64,000 nt of DNA. It comes from an uncultured Methanoregulaceae archaeon (lineage in GTDB: Archaea > Halobacteriota > Methanomicrobia > Methanomicrobiales > Methanospirillaceae). Both the position numbers and the translations under genes were made by a program. Shown here piece after piece: positions 61,692-64,000 of this stretch (position 1 is the first letter of the stretch; each line of letters opens with the position of its first letter). The notes under the pieces were generated by a model that was not told the origin of the DNA, made no database searches, and saw only the letters and a list, made by a program, of their open reading frames with translations. The stretch is from contig OY969564.1 in the NCBI GenBank assembly GCA_963701095.1, positions 2,528,001 through 2,592,000 of the forward strand, written 5' to 3'.

Positions 61692-62204
61692 CTGGTTATC
61701 AACTCCTTATGTTTAAGATTCCTGTTCCATAATTGGGATGATAATTGATGTGGCGGGACACTCCTCGGATTTTTATCGGGTGGATAATGGGGGATGTCAC
61801 GCTGGCATCATCATTCCTTTGTTCAATTGGTAGAGATCTGTAATAAATATTTTCAATTTTGTATGAATTCGTATTATTTTAACTTTTTTCCATTAAACAT
61901 TTGATGAAAAGTAAAATCTAAAGTATCGAAGTCTTCTCGTTACGAGTTATCACTCCAGAAATGTGCTTATTGCAGGCAATATAATTTTTATAATTTCGCT
62001 AATAAGTATATTGAAATTTTGTTATAATTGTATTTGTTAATATTTTTTTTAAGAATCGTAACAAAGAATATATTAACAATTTTCACAAACATTCCTTCAT
62101 ATTTCGTTTCAACGGAATATGAAAATTTGTTGAATCACTATTCGGCAAATGTCGAAACGGTTCTCCGGCTTGAAATGAATGATGTAATTTTTGGAGGAAA
62201 ACGA

Positions 62205-64000
62205 ATGACTAAGCGATTAACGATTGCACTTATTGCTCTCGTCGCGTTGGTTCTTGTCGCAGTATTGCCAGTATCGGCAACGTACTACGATATCAACAAC
62301 ACGATCATAGCGCCGGGCGCAACAGTGTATATTGGAGAACAGCAACTGAACTTTAGCACACCAACGATGCTTGCAGCCCTTGCGGGCGATAACGCGATCG
62401 GCTGGTGGGGATCAGCAGCACCTCTCCTCACTACCTCACCATCACAGACGTATACTTTTGCCCAGCTTAACCTGCCGTCAGTGTATGTCTCCCCCGCTGC
62501 CTTTGGCAATTACCCGGGCAACTGGTATGGTATAAATGCAACAACGGGTAAGTGGGATAACGGCCCTGCAATATTCACTGCCGCGGTTCCAAACATTGCA
62601 GTTGATGTCTTTGACACCACCACCAACACCGTAGCAACTGGTGGCAGTGTTATCCAGGGTGACAACCTTACCTTCCGGATTAACACGAACCTTCAGTCTG
62701 CAATCAACAGCCCGACCACACGTGTTCAGGACACACTCAATACACCGGCTGTAGGTAACGTTGATATCAAGGTACACAGTTCTACCGGCAACACCTACAC
62801 GGCATTGTACTATGGCAACGGCCTTGTTGCATTCCCCATCACCAAGCAGAATGTAACCTCACCACTGTGGTTCTGGGGTACAATTGGCGGAGCAGTTCCG
62901 GCTAACGGCCCAACCGGCAACGTCCTCGAACAGTGGAACACCGCTGCACAGGACTCAACCGGTCAGCTTGCCTATCCCGCTGGTGTTTACACGGTCGTCG
63001 CACAGTCCCGGCTTAACGGCATGTACGACAACTACCTCAACGGTGGAGCAACCTATACCGGTGCAACAGTCAGCCAGCCCGCAACGGTCACGCTCGCGTC
63101 CAACACGGTTTCTATCTCAGCCAACGTGAACTCTGTTGTCCGCAGCAAGCCGTTCTCGGTCACGATCACGGGCAAGCCGTACATGACCTACCACCTGTGG
63201 GTCAAGGGTACTAACACCATGCCAGGCAACTACGACAACCAGCCGCCATTCATCACTTCGAACCAGAATGGTGTCACGTTTGACCCGGTAACAACAACAA
63301 GCATGCCTGCGCCAAATGTGCCCTACAACCCGATTGCAGACAACGGTGGCTACCTAAGCCAGCCCAACATCTATGTCTGGAACAGTGTTGCACACGGTGA
63401 TGACATAGCAACTTCCGGCCCCGACTCAACGGCTATCGGCAACGGTACTTTTGAATATGCGAACGTCACGCTCGATCAGACAGGTGCGAGAACTGTTCAG
63501 TGGACGACCACAAACTGGACCGACGCCCAGCAGTACACCATCCGTGTAGAGCAGGACTTCGGATCTCAGGCAAGCCATAACTACAAGTACGATGAGGTTC
63601 AGGTTCAGGTCCAGCAGGGCGCAGTCACTATCGTGGCCGCCGGCTCCCAGAGCTACTACCTCGGCGAAGAGGTGCAGTTCTCCGGTACCGACACCGAAAC
63701 CCAGACTGTCTACCTGTTCATCACCGGCCCCAACCTGGCCGCTAACGGTGCAGATTTCACCATCGCTCCGGCACAGTCAAGCTCAGCCGTCAAAGATGGC
63801 GTAGCATCCACGTTCCAGGCAGTCGATGTCCTTGGTGACAACACCTGGTCATGGGAGTGGGGAACCAGTGGCGTCGCTCTTGACGCAGGTACCTACACGG
63901 TCTATGCAGTCAGCGACCCCGATGGCGTAAATAACTTACCTGATGCATACGCAACATGCTCGATCATCCTCAAGGCACCGTTCGTGAGTGCAACTGCCTC
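62205..64000 (+). CDS. Major S-layer glycoprotein (DUF3821 / Methanomicrobiales type), runs off the window
   Basis: GGAGG SD; signal peptide MTKRLTIALIALVALVLVAVLPVSA; GATVYIGEQ, SVVRSKPFSVTITGKP and GAVTIVAAG..YYLGEEV motifs in one frame; C-ending codon bias; absent from the ORF track because there is no stop in the window. Confidence 0.92.
   Translation, partial: MTKRLTIALIALVALVLVAVLPVSATYYDINNTIIAPGATVYIGEQQLNFSTPTMLAALAGDNAIGWWGSAAPLLTTSPSQTYTFAQLNLPSVYVSPAAFGNYPGNWYGINATTGKWDNGPAIFTAAVPNIAVDVFDTTTNTVATGGSVIQGDNLTFRINTNLQSAINSPTTRVQDTLNTPAVGNVDIKVHSSTGNTYTALYYGNGLVAFPITKQNVTSPLWFWGTIGGAVPANGPTGNVLEQWNTAAQDSTGQLAYPAGVYTVVAQSRLNGMYDNYLNGGATYTGATVSQPATVTLASNTVSISANVNSVVRSKPFSVTITGKPYMTYHLWVKGTNTMPGNYDNQPPFITSNQNGVTFDPVTTTSMPAPNVPYNPIADNGGYLSQPNIYVWNSVAHGDDIATSGPDSTAIGNGTFEYANVTLDQTGARTVQWTTTNWTDAQQYTIRVEQDFGSQASHNYKYDEVQVQVQQGAVTIVAAGSQSYYLGEEVQFSGTDTETQTVYLFITGPNLAANGADFTIAPAQSSSAVKDGVASTFQAVDVLGDNTWSWEWGTSGVALDAGTYTVYAVSDPDGVNNLPDAYATCSIILKAPFVSATA

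Overview
Chromosomal window of a methanogenic archaeon of the order Methanomicrobiales, most likely Methanoregula-like. The evidence is TBP, MCM, two RFC small subunits, the archaeal CoA pathway, DUF3821 S-layer proteins and multi-PAS kinases. Layout: a PAS/response-regulator signalling cluster (1-7.7 kb); a ~7.7 kb integrated element at tRNA-Leu(CAG) (7945-15687); housekeeping genes (15.8-54 kb); Ni/Co ECF transporters with regulators (54-61 kb); and the start of the major S-layer gene. Main observations: (1) The element splits the host tRNA-Leu(CAG) at the anticodon arm via a perfect 17-bp core, does not rebuild it, and carries its own complete variant tRNA-Leu(CAG), which has a compensatory stem change falling inside the att core. 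(2) It has a satellite (PICI-like) layout: integrase, divergent regulators, split primase plus helicase, an iteron-like origin and small orphan genes. (3) The integrase 3' end holds a perfect 38-33-38 bp repeat-spacer-repeat that resembles an off-target CRISPR spacer integration. (4) CbiO has a C-terminal domain that aligns with the C-terminal domain of the divergent wHTH regulator. (5) There is an RHH-acyl-CoA synthetase fusion with candidate operators, and a RuvC-only TnpB. About a dozen single-base frameshifts in conserved genes point to long-read indel errors, so frameshifts should not be read as pseudogenes without checking the reads. All family assignments come from motif recognition by eye; no database search was run.
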